Counted from the first letter of the stretch, positions 28,413 to 39,008 are shown. The stretch is DNA of 248,000 nucleotides from Hyalangium minutum (GCF_000737315.1 NZ_JMCB01000001.1:20001-268000); one strand, 5' to 3'. Numbers and translations: made by a program. The notes: generated by a model from the letters alone, not told the origin.

Positions 28413-29147
28413 TCAGGAGCGCGGCGGCGTGGAGCCGGTGCGGCGGGAGAGGAGCTTCTGGAGGAAGGGGCTCAAAGGCACGACGTTGGAGGGCTGGGGG
28501 CGCTCGGCCTGGATGCGATCGACCGCCTGGGTGTCGAGCTTCGACAGCAACTGGAGGCCGCCCTCGCCGCTGCCGACCAGGAGGTACTCGTCCGCGGCCT
28601 TCAGCACGAAGAGGGTGCGGCGCTGATCGAGCGGCACCCGCTCCACCACAGACACCAGCGACTGGCTCCGGCGGCCCATCGGGCCCTGCAGCCCCATCAG
28701 CTTGCGCAGGCCCACGTTGAGCGTCAGGTAGATGCTCAGCAGCACCGTGCCCAGCAGCAGCAGCGTGCGCGCGAGCACCCAACCGAGGTTCTCGGGCTCC
28801 GCACTGGCGGTGTCCTCGGCCGCGAACGGATCCGGCAAGTCACTGCCAGGAGCCGCCACGGCGGGAGCAGCCGGAGCCGGGGCGGGAACCTGGGCAGCAG
28901 GCTGCTCAGGGGCAGGCGCCGCGACGGGCGCCGCCGTGGGAGCGGGCACGGCAGCCGAAGCCTCCGCGAGGGCAAGCGGCGGCGCGAGCAAGAGGCAGGC
29001 ACAGGCCAGCAGGGACCAGCGCGGGTTCGATAGGAGGGAGGCCACCATGACTGGGAGCGAGGCTAGTCCATTCCCAGGCGAGACCGCCATGGCTCCACCG
29101 TGGATCCCCGACGCCACCCTGCTCGCCCGCCAGCCAACAGGCTTCAC
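28413..29147 (-). CDS. FliO-like membrane protein
   Basis: TM segment then V.ER..LDQRR.L.V....E.LLVG. Confidence 0.75.
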   Translation of the reverse strand: MKPVGWRASRVASGIHGGAMAVSPGNGLASLPVMVASLLSNPRWSLLACACLLLAPPLALAEASAAVPAPTAAPVAAPAPEQPAAQVPAPAPAAPAVAAPGSDLPDPFAAEDTASAEPENLGWVLARTLLLLGTVLLSIYLTLNVGLRKLMGLQGPMGRRSQSLVSVVERVPLDQRRTLFVLKAADEYLLVGSGEGGLQLLSKLDTQAVDRIQAERPQPSNVVPLSPFLQKLLSRRTGSTPPRS

Positions 29148-30463
29148 CCGGCCAGGGAGAGGACCCGGACACCCAGCTGGCCCTCGACTTCGACCAGCTC
29201 GCCCCGAGCCACCACCTTGCCATTGACGGACAGCTCCACTGGCTCGCCGGGCGAGCGGTGAAGCTCGATGACTTGTCCCACCTTCAACGCCACCACCTCG
29301 TCGGCGGTAACGGGAACCCGGGCCAGTTCCACGGCGAGCTGCAGCGGGATGTCAGCCAGCAAGTCGCCTCCCTCCGGCCTGTTCGCGTCGTCCATATTCC
29401 CTTCCGACTCCGGAGGCATCTCATTCTCCGGGTTGGTGAAAACCTCGTTGTCGTTGGCGGGGGGCAGGACGCGCTGGAAGTTCGGCTCGCCCAGGATGAA
29501 GTCCTTGACGCGCGCCTTGTACTGGCCGTCCTCGACGAAGACCTCTGCCTCCACTCGGGTGCCGCCCAGCCCCACGCGCAGCGTGGCCGTGCCTGCCTCA
29601 CCCCGGTCCGGACGGGTCGAGAGCGAGTCCAGCAGCACCACGTCCTTCACGCGGATGTACTCCAGATCGGAGCTGGCGATCTCCGCCTGGCCGATCTCCG
29701 CGCGCAGCCACGTGCGCACCGTGGACAGCAGCTTCCGGTTCATCCGGATGTCCGCGCGCAGGCGGCTGCGCTTCTCCGCGCCGCCACGCCCCTCTTCGGT
29801 GGCATTGAGCACCGCCGGAGGCATCACCACGCGCACGATGCCCGCGTGGGGCCCCACCGAGGCGTTCATCTGCACGACGACCACCAGCTCGTCATCCCCA
29901 AGCTTGGCGGCCACCTCGTCCACGCCCCGGGCGACGGACTCCAGCCGCATGCGCGGAAACGAAGCCTCCAGCGCGGGCGCCACGGCCTTGATGCCCTCGA
30001 GGACCACGAAGCTCATCACGCCTTCTTCGATGTCCGTCAGCGGCCGCAGGCCCACTGTCTCGCCCGCGCCACCCAGCAGCATGTCCACCAGGTTGTGGGC
30101 GAACGATAGCTCCACCTCCATCACCACCCGGCTCTTGAGCGCTCCGGGCGCGAGCACCGTCAGGAAGGAGGGCTCGCCCAGGTGGCGGCGCAGCTCCGCG
30201 ATGGGGCGGATCTGCATGCTCACGAGGGAGACGCGGGCCTCGGCGTCGAACAGCGCCTTGAGCCGGGCATAGAGGGGCTCAGCCGCGGTGGGAGACGGAA
30301 TGGCCCGGTGGAGGCGAGCCGTCAGCTCCGTCTGGGCGCGGTCCACGCGCTCCAGGTTGCGGAACTTGAACGGCTTCCAGGGCTTGGAGGGCTTTATCTG
30401 GCGGAGGTCCACCAGCATCGTTCGCTCGTGGATTCCGGGTTCATCATCCCGGCCAAGGCTCAT
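29144..30463 (-). CDS. sctQ: T3SS sorting platform SctQ (FliM/FliN)
   Basis: C-terminal SpoA domain, VNGKVVARGELVEVEGQLGVR. Confidence 0.88.
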   Translation of the reverse strand: MSLGRDDEPGIHERTMLVDLRQIKPSKPWKPFKFRNLERVDRAQTELTARLHRAIPSPTAAEPLYARLKALFDAEARVSLVSMQIRPIAELRRHLGEPSFLTVLAPGALKSRVVMEVELSFAHNLVDMLLGGAGETVGLRPLTDIEEGVMSFVVLEGIKAVAPALEASFPRMRLESVARGVDEVAAKLGDDELVVVVQMNASVGPHAGIVRVVMPPAVLNATEEGRGGAEKRSRLRADIRMNRKLLSTVRTWLRAEIGQAEIASSDLEYIRVKDVVLLDSLSTRPDRGEAGTATLRVGLGGTRVEAEVFVEDGQYKARVKDFILGEPNFQRVLPPANDNEVFTNPENEMPPESEGNMDDANRPEGGDLLADIPLQLAVELARVPVTADEVVALKVGQVIELHRSPGEPVELSVNGKVVARGELVEVEGQLGVRVLSLAG

Positions 30464-31455
30464 GCCCGGGCCTCGAAGCGCAGATCTTCAAGCTTGAGGC
30501 CCCGGCCCTGCAGCGCACTCTTGAGGCCTTCGCTCTGCTCCTCGATCATCTTGAGCACGTCCCGATCGCTGCCGCTGAAGACGGCGGAGATCTTCCCGTT
30601 CTTCGCGCTGAGCTTGATGGACAAGCCGCTGAGGACGTTGCTGCGCAGGTCGATCTGGAACTCGGCCGCGCCCGCGCCGTTGGTGCCCACGCGGACCTTC
30701 TCGACGATCTTCTGGGCAATCTCGTTGGCGATGGCGCGCAGCCGGTCCGAGCCCGTGGTGGGCTTGGGCTTGGCCACCGGCACCGGAGCCATCAGCGCTG
30801 GGTTGAAGCGGAAGCCCGCCGCGGCCGCCGCATCCCCACCCTGCTTGCCGTCCTTGTTCCCACCGCCCTGCCCGCCGCCGGAGTCCGCGTCCGTCTTCAG
30901 AGCGCCCTTCTGGCCCGCGCGGCCGGCGCTGCGCAGATCCGAGGCCTGATCGTCCGCCTTGGCATCGCCCTCGGACCTCGCCTCGGAGGAGCGCGACTCG
31001 TGGAGAGACTCCGAGGACTCACGGCCGTGCTTGCGGTCCACCGCCATGGCCTGGCCCTGGGCGGTGTCGGAGGAGTGGCTCTCGGACATCTTCTCGGCCT
31101 CACCCGAGAGAGAGGACTCGACGCGCTCGTTGAGGGCCTTGGCGTCCTGGCGGCCCTGGGTCTTGCCCGTCTCCTGGCGCTGGCCGGTCTGCCGGGCGGC
31201 AGTGCCCTCCTGCTGGCTCGTCTCGGAGCCCTTGGCTTCCTTGGTGAGGCGCGCGAGCACCTGCGACCCCAGGCCCTGCTTCGTCTCCTGCTTCTGCTGG
31301 GTCTGGGCCTGCTGCGTCTGCGAGCTCTGAACCAGCTTGGAGAAGGCGTTCTCGCCCTGCCGGATCTGCTTGCTCTTGGCCTCGGCGCGCTGCTTCTCCT
31401 GCAGCAGGCGCTGGGTAATCTGGTCTGCCTGGCGATCGTCTTCGACTCGGCTCAT
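30460..31455 (-). CDS. Needle/hook length control-like protein (SctP/FliK-like)
   Basis: disordered N-terminus, C-terminal T3S4-like domain; located between sctO and sctQ. Confidence 0.7.
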   Translation of the reverse strand: MSRVEDDRQADQITQRLLQEKQRAEAKSKQIRQGENAFSKLVQSSQTQQAQTQQKQETKQGLGSQVLARLTKEAKGSETSQQEGTAARQTGQRQETGKTQGRQDAKALNERVESSLSGEAEKMSESHSSDTAQGQAMAVDRKHGRESSESLHESRSSEARSEGDAKADDQASDLRSAGRAGQKGALKTDADSGGGQGGGNKDGKQGGDAAAAAGFRFNPALMAPVPVAKPKPTTGSDRLRAIANEIAQKIVEKVRVGTNGAGAAEFQIDLRSNVLSGLSIKLSAKNGKISAVFSGSDRDVLKMIEEQSEGLKSALQGRGLKLEDLRFEARA

Positions 31456-31485
31456 CGCGGGACACCTACAAAGGGAGGAGAGAGG

Positions 31486-31974
31486 TTACTTGCGCTGACG
31501 GGCCTGGAACAAGGCACTGCCGATCTCTTCCTGCGTCATCTCCTCGCGCTGCTGGCGCTCGTACTTCACCTGCTTCTTCCAGTTCTCCTTATGCTTCTCG
31601 ATGGCCTTGAGCTCCTTGGCGGCCTCCGCCATCTCCCGACGGCGCTGCTCCACCAGCTTCTCGGCCACCTTGACCGCTTCTTTTTGACGCTCGATGTCAA
31701 GCGCCACCTGCGCCTCCTCGTCCTTCAGGCGCTGCTCGAAGCGGCTCATCATGTTCATGCCGTTGATGCCGGCGCCCTTGGCCATCACCTCGTTGAGGTA
31801 GGCCATGACCTTCTGCTTGCGCTCGGCCTTGCGGCGCGCCAGGTCCTCCTCGAGGCGCTTGAGCTCCTGCTTCTCCTTCTCCAGCGCCTTGATGGCCGCG
31901 GAGAAAGCCTGTTCAGCCTCCTCCTTGGCGCGGGTGCGCATCTCCAGGAGGGTCTCTAAGCGGTACTGGGGCAT
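31486..31974 (-). CDS. sctO: T3SS stalk SctO (FliJ-like)
   Basis: YRLETLL.MR coiled coil directly after the ATPase. Confidence 0.75.
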   Translation of the reverse strand: MPQYRLETLLEMRTRAKEEAEQAFSAAIKALEKEKQELKRLEEDLARRKAERKQKVMAYLNEVMAKGAGINGMNMMSRFEQRLKDEEAQVALDIERQKEAVKVAEKLVEQRRREMAEAAKELKAIEKHKENWKKQVKYERQQREEMTQEEIGSALFQARQRK

Positions 31975-32009
31975 GTGGCCCCCATCCTAACCCGGAAAAA
32001 CCGGTTTCG

Positions 32010-33317
32010 TCAGTCCTGGAAGAGGCCGATGAGCTTCTCGACGGTCTCCTCGAAGGGCGAGTTCGAGTGGGTGTCCTGCTTGAGGAAGTCGATGATCGCG
32101 TCGTACTTGTCGATGGCGTAGTCCGTCCGGGGGTCCGTGCCGTACTGGTAGGCGCCCAGGAGGATGAGGTCGCGCTGCTTCTCGTAGGTCGCGAGCGTCT
32201 CGCGCAGCTTGCCGGCCGCCTTCTTGTGATCCTTGGAGACGATGCCGCTCATCACACGGGAGAGGCTGGCCAGCACGTCCATGGCGGGCCACTGGTTGCG
32301 CTCGCCCAGGGCACGGTTGAGGATGAAGTGGCCGTCGAGAATACCGCGGACTTCGTCGGCGATGGGCTCTTCCATGTCACCGCCGGCCACGAGGCAGGTG
32401 TAGATGGCAGTGCACTTGCCCTTGTCCGAGTTCCCCGTGCGCTCGAGGATGCGCGGCAGCATGGAGAACACGCTGGGCGGGTAGCCCTGGCGGGCCGGGG
32501 GCTCGCCGATGGCCAGGCCGATCTCACGCTGGGCACGGGCGAGACGCGTCACCGTGTCGAGCATGAAGAGCACGTTGCCGCCGCGCTCTCGGAAGTACTC
32601 GGCGATGGCCGTGGCCACGTAGGCGGCGCGCAGACGCACCAGGCTGGGTTGGTCGGAGGTGGCGCACACCAGCACGGCGCGCTTCATGCCCTCCTCGCCC
32701 ATGGCGTCCTCGATGAACTCGCGGACCTCGCGGCCACGCTCGCCGATCAGCGCCACGACGCTCAGGTCCGCTTGGGTGTTTCGGGCGATCTGGCCCATCA
32801 GCGTGGACTTACCGACGCCGGAACCGGCGAAGAGGCCCACGCGCTGGCCCTCGCCCACCGTGAGCAGCCCGTCAATGCAGCGCACGCCCAAAGGCAGCGG
32901 CCGTTCAATTCTCTGGCGCTTGAACGGGTCCGGGCAGTCCCGGTCCACGCTCCAGTCAATCATGCCGTCCGGCATCGGCTTGCCGTCGATGGGCTCGCCG
33001 GTGCCGCCGAGCACGCGGCCCAGCAGTTGATCGCCGCACTTGATGGTGAGCGGCTTGCCGGTGGGAATCACCTCGCTGTCCGGGCCGATGCCCGACAGCT
33101 CGCCCAGGGGCATGAGCATCACCTCGTCGCCCTGGAAGCCCACCACCTCGGCCTTCACCTTGTTGGTGCGGGCCTTGATGTAGACGACCTCGCCCACGCG
33201 GACGTTGGGCACGCTGGCCTTGATGACCAGGCCCGTCAGCTCCGTCACGCGGCCTCGCACGCGGATGAGCGAGGCCTCCTTCAGCAGGGAGTAGTAGTGC
33301 GAGAGGTCGATCGCCAT
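32010..33317 (-). CDS. sctN: T3SS ATPase SctN
   Basis: AGSGVGKSTL, GERGREV, GEPPARQGYPPS. Confidence 0.95.
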   Translation of the reverse strand: MAIDLSHYYSLLKEASLIRVRGRVTELTGLVIKASVPNVRVGEVVYIKARTNKVKAEVVGFQGDEVMLMPLGELSGIGPDSEVIPTGKPLTIKCGDQLLGRVLGGTGEPIDGKPMPDGMIDWSVDRDCPDPFKRQRIERPLPLGVRCIDGLLTVGEGQRVGLFAGSGVGKSTLMGQIARNTQADLSVVALIGERGREVREFIEDAMGEEGMKRAVLVCATSDQPSLVRLRAAYVATAIAEYFRERGGNVLFMLDTVTRLARAQREIGLAIGEPPARQGYPPSVFSMLPRILERTGNSDKGKCTAIYTCLVAGGDMEEPIADEVRGILDGHFILNRALGERNQWPAMDVLASLSRVMSGIVSKDHKKAAGKLRETLATYEKQRDLILLGAYQYGTDPRTDYAIDKYDAIIDFLKQDTHSNSPFEETVEKLIGLFQD

Positions 33318-33321
33318 GGGG

Positions 33322-33999
33322 TTACGCCGGTCCTTCCTTCTTCCCGTTGGGATCGGGCAGCAGCACGTTCTGCAGCATCTCGAACTGCGTGGGCAGCTGC
33401 GCGTCGATGGTGCCGAACTCCGTCTGGACAATGCAGCCCACCGGGGCCACGTCCTGGTCCTCCCGGATGGCCAGGTCCACCGCCCGGCCAATGAGCTCCA
33501 TCAGCTCCGGCTTGCGGGAGCGCAGCACCTGCGCCGTTTTCGGGTGCACCCGCAGGATCATCGAGCGCGCGCTGCGGATCTGCTCGATGGCGGTGGCGCA
33601 CATCTCCATCATCAGCTCGGGCTGCCGCTCGATGTCCCGGCCGATGATCTTCTCGGCAATCTTGCACGCCAGGGCGATGACGTCCTTCTCGTTGCCAGCC
33701 AGCATCTCCCCGGCCTGCATCTTGGCGCGCAGCAGCACCTCGGAGGCCTGGGCAAGCCCCTCCTGGCGGCCCTGCTCGCGGGCCTTGGCGAGCACCTCCT
33801 CACGCTCGCGCTGGGCCTCCGCGAGGATGCGCTCCTTCTCCTTGTTCGCCTCCTCGATAATCCCCTGGGCGGACTGGCGCGCATCGAAGATCTCGGCGTT
33901 CATCACGCCAGCGCGCGTGGGACGCGGTGCCATGGGGCGCTCGGCGGCACCCGCAAGCTCCCCAGACCCGTCACCTTTGATCACCTTGCCGATCGCCAT
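33322..33999 (-). CDS. sctL: T3SS stator SctL (FliH family)
   Basis: A..II.EA...GR.EG repeats; VHP, GCIV.TE.G.IDA. Confidence 0.88.
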   Translation of the reverse strand: MAIGKVIKGDGSGELAGAAERPMAPRPTRAGVMNAEIFDARQSAQGIIEEANKEKERILAEAQREREEVLAKAREQGRQEGLAQASEVLLRAKMQAGEMLAGNEKDVIALACKIAEKIIGRDIERQPELMMEMCATAIEQIRSARSMILRVHPKTAQVLRSRKPELMELIGRAVDLAIREDQDVAPVGCIVQTEFGTIDAQLPTQFEMLQNVLLPDPNGKKEGPA

Positions 34000-34023
34000 G
34001 GACAGCTCCTTGACGGCTGGATG

Positions 34024-35784
34024 CTAGCGCGATCCCCCGCGAGGTCCACGCCCCGAGTTGCCCCCAGAAGGGGGCCGGGTGGGCCGCTGGCCGCCTGCTC
34101 CCCCGCCGCGTGAGGCCAGGGACGGCCGGGCTGCCGTCTTTCCCGAGAGGACCCGGGGCGGACGCTCCGGTTCGTTTGTAAGTGAACTGCTCACCCCCGT
34201 CCCTCGGCTGCGGACACCCGGCGAGGAAATGACGCGAGAGCCATCCGGGTCCATGGGGGCCGGCGGCCGGTCGGCCATGCGCGGAGGAACGCGAGCGGGA
34301 GGCACTCCGCGCGGATCCCCTTCACGCGGCCGGGAGGGCGCACCCGCCTCGGGCGGAGGCCGGCGAGAGCCCGCACGGGAGTTCTCGACCTCAGGAGGAG
34401 GCTGACGGGAGCCGACGCGAGAGGCCTCTCTTGAGGGCGGAGGGCCCACCCGGGCGCCCCCGGGCTCCGGCGGCACGCCCTGTGAGTCTTTCCGCGGCCC
34501 CACGCGCGCGTTGCGCGAGAGCGCGGGTGGATCGTCGTCGATGGGAGGACCGATGCGAGAGGGCTCGCGCGAGGAGAGCGCTCCGGCTCGGCGAGCAGCG
34601 CGCTCGGCCATGGGATCCCGGCGGACGCTGCTGTCCCCGGAGTTGGCGCCTCCCGTGGGCCCCGCGAATCCCGCGCGCCGGGCCTCGCGCTCGGCCATGG
34701 CATCCCGGCGGGGCGCAGGCGGCGGCTGGACGACGTTGGAGCGCTCCTGGCCTCCAGGGGGCGGACGCGCGGGAGGTGGCTCGCGGCTGGGAGGCGCGCC
34801 ACGCATGGGTGGCGGGTTGAGCGCCGGACGCTGCGGGGTGAGCCGCACAGGGCGCTCGATGAGGCCTCGGGCGGCCAGCCGCTCCAGATCCGCGACGATG
34901 TCGGCACGGCCGCCGTCCGTCACACGAGAGGCGGGCTTGGAGCGCTCGTCGCGAACCCACTTGGCCAGCAGGCTCCCGAAGTCCCCGCGGTGGCGCTCGA
35001 GCATGCGCGCGGCGAACTCCGCGGACTGAGACACACACGCACGAGCCAGGCGCTGGGTGCCCGCGCTGCGGATGGCGCCCGCCAGATTCTTCAGCCCGTC
35101 ATGGACGGCGAGCTGCTCCTTGGCCTCCTCTGAAGGCAGCTTACGTGGGGCGTTGGCCTGGACGGCCTTGGAGGCCAGGGACTTCATGTCCGGCGGAAGG
35201 GCGGCGATGAGCCCCTCGCGCTGCGCATCCTCGAGCCCGGCCATCGCCGGCCCCAGCACGCGCGCGCCGAGCCGATCACACACGGTGAGCAGCTCACGCG
35301 GCTGCAGCATGAGCACATCGGTGAACTTGAAGGCGGCCTGGGAGCCGGAGCTGTGCTTGAGCCGCTCCTCGAGCTTCCAGCGGATGATGTCCAGCACCTG
35401 CGGACGCACCTCGCGGGAGAGCTTCACTGGGCGCTGCGGCAGGTGGGCACGCACGGCCTCGGCCAGCACGGAGGGCAAGGCCCGGAGCACCACCTCGGCC
35501 AGCGCGCCGCGCTCCTTCTGGATGAGGGCAGCCAGCTTCTCCGGCTCGGCGTTCCAGAGCTGGCCGCGCCGGTCCTTCACCAGCTTCTTGATCTCCTGCA
35601 CGAGAAACGGAATCCGCTTCTCACGCGGGATGTGCATGATCTCCTGCGCGCGGTGGAGCAACAGCTCCCCGTCCTCCGGCGCGAGGTGCTCGAGCGCGGC
35701 GACGCCCTCCTGACCGCCGAAGGTGATGGCGGTCAGCAGCAGCATCGTCTGGCGCTTGTTGAGCGAGGTGAAGAATTGATCCAA
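34024..35784 (-). CDS. Hypothetical protein (SctK/FliG-like position), Pro/Arg-rich C-terminus
   Basis: lies between sctJ and sctL. Confidence 0.55.
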   Translation of the reverse strand: MDQFFTSLNKRQTMLLLTAITFGGQEGVAALEHLAPEDGELLLHRAQEIMHIPREKRIPFLVQEIKKLVKDRRGQLWNAEPEKLAALIQKERGALAEVVLRALPSVLAEAVRAHLPQRPVKLSREVRPQVLDIIRWKLEERLKHSSGSQAAFKFTDVLMLQPRELLTVCDRLGARVLGPAMAGLEDAQREGLIAALPPDMKSLASKAVQANAPRKLPSEEAKEQLAVHDGLKNLAGAIRSAGTQRLARACVSQSAEFAARMLERHRGDFGSLLAKWVRDERSKPASRVTDGGRADIVADLERLAARGLIERPVRLTPQRPALNPPPMRGAPPSREPPPARPPPGGQERSNVVQPPPAPRRDAMAEREARRAGFAGPTGGANSGDSSVRRDPMAERAARRAGALSSREPSRIGPPIDDDPPALSRNARVGPRKDSQGVPPEPGGARVGPPPSREASRVGSRQPPPEVENSRAGSRRPPPEAGAPSRPREGDPRGVPPARVPPRMADRPPAPMDPDGSRVISSPGVRSRGTGVSSSLTNEPERPPRVLSGKTAARPSLASRGGGAGGQRPTRPPSGGNSGRGPRGGSR

Positions 35785-35857
35785 ACCGGTTCACCTCGAG
35801 GGACGCAGGTCCCGGGGTTCGAAGCAGAGAGCCTCAGAGCCTAACGCTGCCCGCGCC

Positions 35858-36643
35858 TCAGCGGCGGGCCGGACGCGCGTCGCCCGAGCCTCCGCGCATG
35901 AGTACCCAGGCCGAGAGGCCAATCATGGCCAGGACGAAGATGGAGACAATGCCCACGAGCACGCGGAACTGGCCAGCGCTGGCCGCCGTCATGCGCAGGC
36001 CGAACACGTCCTGCAGCCGGCTCTCCGGGTTGGTCTCCGCCGAGGGAGGCAGGCCCGGGGTGAGCAGCACCGTCACGCGGTCCGGCTTGAGCTCCTGCAC
36101 CGCGGAGCTGACGAAGGTCTGCACATCCTTCTCCGTCACCGGCGGCTTGCCCTCGAGGCTTGGGCGGTAGCGGATCATCACCGAGGCCGACGGCATCGGC
36201 TTGTTCTCCGGCTGCGTCAGGTCATTCGTCTCCGGGATGTTGACGATGACGTTGGACTCCAGCACGCCGTCGACCTTGTTCAGGGCGTTGGAGATCTCGC
36301 CAGCAATGGCCTTGAGCATCATCGCGCGCTCTTCTGCGGCGGTGGGCACCATGCTGCCCTTGGCGAAGTGGTTGAAGCCCTTCTCCATGGGGCGCGGCAG
36401 CGAGTTGGCGCGCAGCAGCTCCGCGGCCTGAGCGGCGTCGGACTTCGGCACCTGGATGGTGAAGCGCATGTCCGTGCCTTCACCCGCCGCGACCTTGGTG
36501 GCGTTGATGCCGTTCTTGCTGAGCAGAACGTAGATCTCGTTGGCGTCCTCTTCCGTGAGGCCGTGCTGCAGTTCAATGGAGCAGCCCGTCACGAGGAGCA
36601 GGGCCAACAAGGGAAGGAGGCGGGTGGACGATCGATGAGTCAT
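35858..36643 (-). CDS. sctJ: T3SS inner membrane ring lipoprotein SctJ
   Basis: lipobox VTGC, L.E.DANEI..LL...GI.A.K, C-terminal TM. Confidence 0.9.
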   Translation of the reverse strand: MTHRSSTRLLPLLALLLVTGCSIELQHGLTEEDANEIYVLLSKNGINATKVAAGEGTDMRFTIQVPKSDAAQAAELLRANSLPRPMEKGFNHFAKGSMVPTAAEERAMMLKAIAGEISNALNKVDGVLESNVIVNIPETNDLTQPENKPMPSASVMIRYRPSLEGKPPVTEKDVQTFVSSAVQELKPDRVTVLLTPGLPPSAETNPESRLQDVFGLRMTAASAGQFRVLVGIVSIFVLAMIGLSAWVLMRGGSGDARPARR

Positions 36644-36704
36644 GTGCGGGGCCTAGCTTAGCGGCGCGGCCTTGCCGTTCCAACATGGGGTCCGGAAAAC
36701 GTGG

Positions 36705-36740
36705 AAGGGCGATCCCCCCACTAAAGAGGGATCGCCCTTG
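36705..36740. terminator. Hairpin between sctI-like gene and sctJ
   Basis: aagggcgatccc...gggatcgccctt inverted repeat. Confidence 0.5.
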
Positions 36741-36772
36741 GAAGCGCTGCCCGGATGAGGGGCAGGCAGCCT

Positions 36773-37342
36773 TTACACCTGGGTCTTGACCACGTCCTTG
36801 AGGCCGCTGGTGGCCTTCTCGACGACCTTCGACGTGAGGTCCAGCTCCTGGGTGTACTTGTACATGGAGGCCTGGAGCGAGAGCAGCTCCGAGTTGGAGA
36901 AGTTCTTCCCGCTCATGCCGGAGTTGATGAGCTTCTCCAGGTTCATCTGGCCCTTCTCCAGCGAGGAGACGACGCTGGAGACCATGGTGTTGGCCTTGCT
37001 CGTCTGCGCCTTCGCGTCCACCGGCTCCGCGGCCTTGGCGGTCAGCTGCTGGCTGTTGGCGCCGTTGACCTTGTTGAGGCCTGCCTTCTCCGTCTTGTTG
37101 ACGTCGTCGACCTTACGCGACGCGTCGACCTGCTGGGCCTTCTGCGTCTGCTGGACCGACTGCGCCTGCTGCACGCCCTGGGCCTGGTCAACGCCCTGAG
37201 ACTTGTTAGCGAGAACCCCGTCGAACTTCGAGGCTCCCTGCTTGTTCACCTGCTGCGCGCCCTGATCCTGCAGCTTCTGCTGCGCGATCTGTGCGGCCGA
37301 GATGCCTGCTGTCGGACCCGCCATGTGACTGCCTCCTTGCAT
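36773..37342 (-). CDS. T3SS inner rod SctI-like protein
   Basis: C-terminal ELLSLQASMYKYTQELDLTSKVVEKATSGLKDVVKTQ resembles YscI/HrpB; upstream of sctJ. Confidence 0.7.
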   Translation of the reverse strand: MQGGSHMAGPTAGISAAQIAQQKLQDQGAQQVNKQGASKFDGVLANKSQGVDQAQGVQQAQSVQQTQKAQQVDASRKVDDVNKTEKAGLNKVNGANSQQLTAKAAEPVDAKAQTSKANTMVSSVVSSLEKGQMNLEKLINSGMSGKNFSNSELLSLQASMYKYTQELDLTSKVVEKATSGLKDVVKTQV

Positions 37343-38075
37343 CGTCGGAGGAAGCCGGGGCTTCCTCGTCGTCTAAAAGTTCCTTGAGCCGCTCGATGGC
37401 CCGCGCATGAAGCCGCGACGCCCAGCTCTTCGACTGCCCAATCTCCGCGCCCGCCTCTTCCAGCGTCTTCCCGTGGAAGTAGTACCCCTGCAGCAGCTGC
37501 CGCTCCTTCTCCGGGAGCTGATCGATCGCCGCCCTCACCCGCCGCTTCAGCTGCTCCATCTCCAGCCGCTGATCCGCCGGCAGAGACTCATCCACGTACC
37601 CCGACGCGTCCAGCCCTTCCAGGCTGGTGGCCAGCACCATGGCCAGCCCCGTCACCGCGTTGGAGATGTCATTCACATCATCGTCAAATGACCCTCCGCG
37701 GTTGCCTCCGCCCTGCTCGCGGTCCGACAAATTTCCAAGGTAAGCGGCCGCCCGTTCACCCACGAACGCGCCGCGCGCATCCGCGCCCTTCAACACCCCC
37801 ATTTTCCTCAGGCCGTCGAAAATGGCGCCCTTGATGCGGTAGTGGGCAAAGGTGAGGAAATTGGCTCCCACCTTGGGATCAAAGCGATCTGCCGCCTCGA
37901 GCAGACCGATCTGCCCGTAGGCCATCAACTCCTCGATCTCGAGCTGGGCGTTGAACTGCTTGCGGACAGTCGCTGCCAGCGACCGCACGTAAGGGCCGTA
38001 TTTCTCGAGGATCGCCTTCTTGTCGTCGCCGAAGCCCAAACGCCGCTCACTCGGCCTTCGACCACAGCCGCTCAA
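37206..38075 (-). CDS. FliA/WhiG-family (sigma28-like) RNA polymerase sigma factor
   Basis: GQIGLLEAADRFDP, FAHYRIKGAIFDGLR, region 4 SWASRLH; start uncertain. Confidence 0.85.
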   Translation of the reverse strand: MSGCGRRPSERRLGFGDDKKAILEKYGPYVRSLAATVRKQFNAQLEIEELMAYGQIGLLEAADRFDPKVGANFLTFAHYRIKGAIFDGLRKMGVLKGADARGAFVGERAAAYLGNLSDREQGGGNRGGSFDDDVNDISNAVTGLAMVLATSLEGLDASGYVDESLPADQRLEMEQLKRRVRAAIDQLPEKERQLLQGYYFHGKTLEEAGAEIGQSKSWASRLHARAIERLKELLDDEEAPASSDDARRQSHGGSDSRHLGRTDRAAEAAGSGRAAGEQAGSLEVRRGSR

Positions 38076-38448
38076 GAACCTGGTTGAGCCGGGGATCCTC
38101 TTGGAGCGCGTCCGCGATCTTGCTGGAGAGCGCGGAGGACTTCATCCGGAGCTTCTCCTTGAGGACCTCAGCGACGAGGTGCTTCGTGGCCTCCTCCTTG
38201 TTCTTGAAGCCGCCGTTCTTGAGCTGCTTGGCGATGGCCATGGCCTGGGAGGAGATGGGATCCGCCGCCCGGGCCTGCTCGACATTGGAAGAGCCCACCA
38301 GCCCGGAGGGCCCCACCAGGGACTCGGCCTTGTCGACCTTGCCCCCGAAACTCGAACCACCCGCGGGAGCCTTGCCGGACGCACCCCTCGCGCCACCCGC
38401 ACGGCCCTTACCACCCCCGCGTCCTACGCCACCGACTGACATCGCCAA
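38047..38448 (-). CDS. Hypothetical protein (T3SS cluster)
   Basis: operon position. Confidence 0.55.
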   Translation of the reverse strand: MAMSVGGVGRGGGKGRAGGARGASGKAPAGGSSFGGKVDKAESLVGPSGLVGSSNVEQARAADPISSQAMAIAKQLKNGGFKNKEEATKHLVAEVLKEKLRMKSSALSSKIADALQEDPRLNQVLERLWSKAE

Positions 38449-38475
38449 GCCTCCTCAGCTCCAGCGCATTGTGCG

Positions 38476-38910
38476 CTACTTCTTCGGCGGAGGCAGCGCC
38501 CCCGCCTCTTTTGCATCGATGAGGGCACGCGCGAGCCGGGCGCCATCGCCCTCGGGCTCGAGATCCACCGCGGCCTTCAGTTCCTTCAGCGCTTCCGGGA
38601 CCTTGCCCATGAAGAGTAGCGCTTCGCCAGCGTGCGCGCGCGGCAGGGCGGAGTTCGGGGCCAGACGCTGGGCCGCCCGGTAGGCTTGCAGGGCCTTGTC
38701 GTGGCGCCCCTGGGCGAACTCCAGCGCGCCCAGCGCCAGCTGCGGCACCTCGCTCTTGGGCATCAAGGCCACGGCGCCGGTGAAGACGTCCTTCGCCTTG
38801 TCGTACTTGCCCATCTCCAGCCAGATGTAGCCGGCCTCGAGCAGGATCATCGCCTGCTGCTTGCCCACCGGGACGACGCTGCCAGCAATCTCCGACGCAG
38901 ACTCCGCCAT
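38476..38910 (-). CDS. TPR chaperone-like protein
   Basis: TPR motifs. Confidence 0.7.
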   Translation of the reverse strand: MAESASEIAGSVVPVGKQQAMILLEAGYIWLEMGKYDKAKDVFTGAVALMPKSEVPQLALGALEFAQGRHDKALQAYRAAQRLAPNSALPRAHAGEALLFMGKVPEALKELKAAVDLEPEGDGARLARALIDAKEAGALPPPKK

Positions 38911-39008
38911 GAAGCGTGCTCTCCTGTGCAAGGGCCCGGAAGGAAGAAGGGGGGCAGTACCGCAGCCCCCCTTCCCACTCGGCGCCCGACCACCAACAGC
39001 TTAGCGGA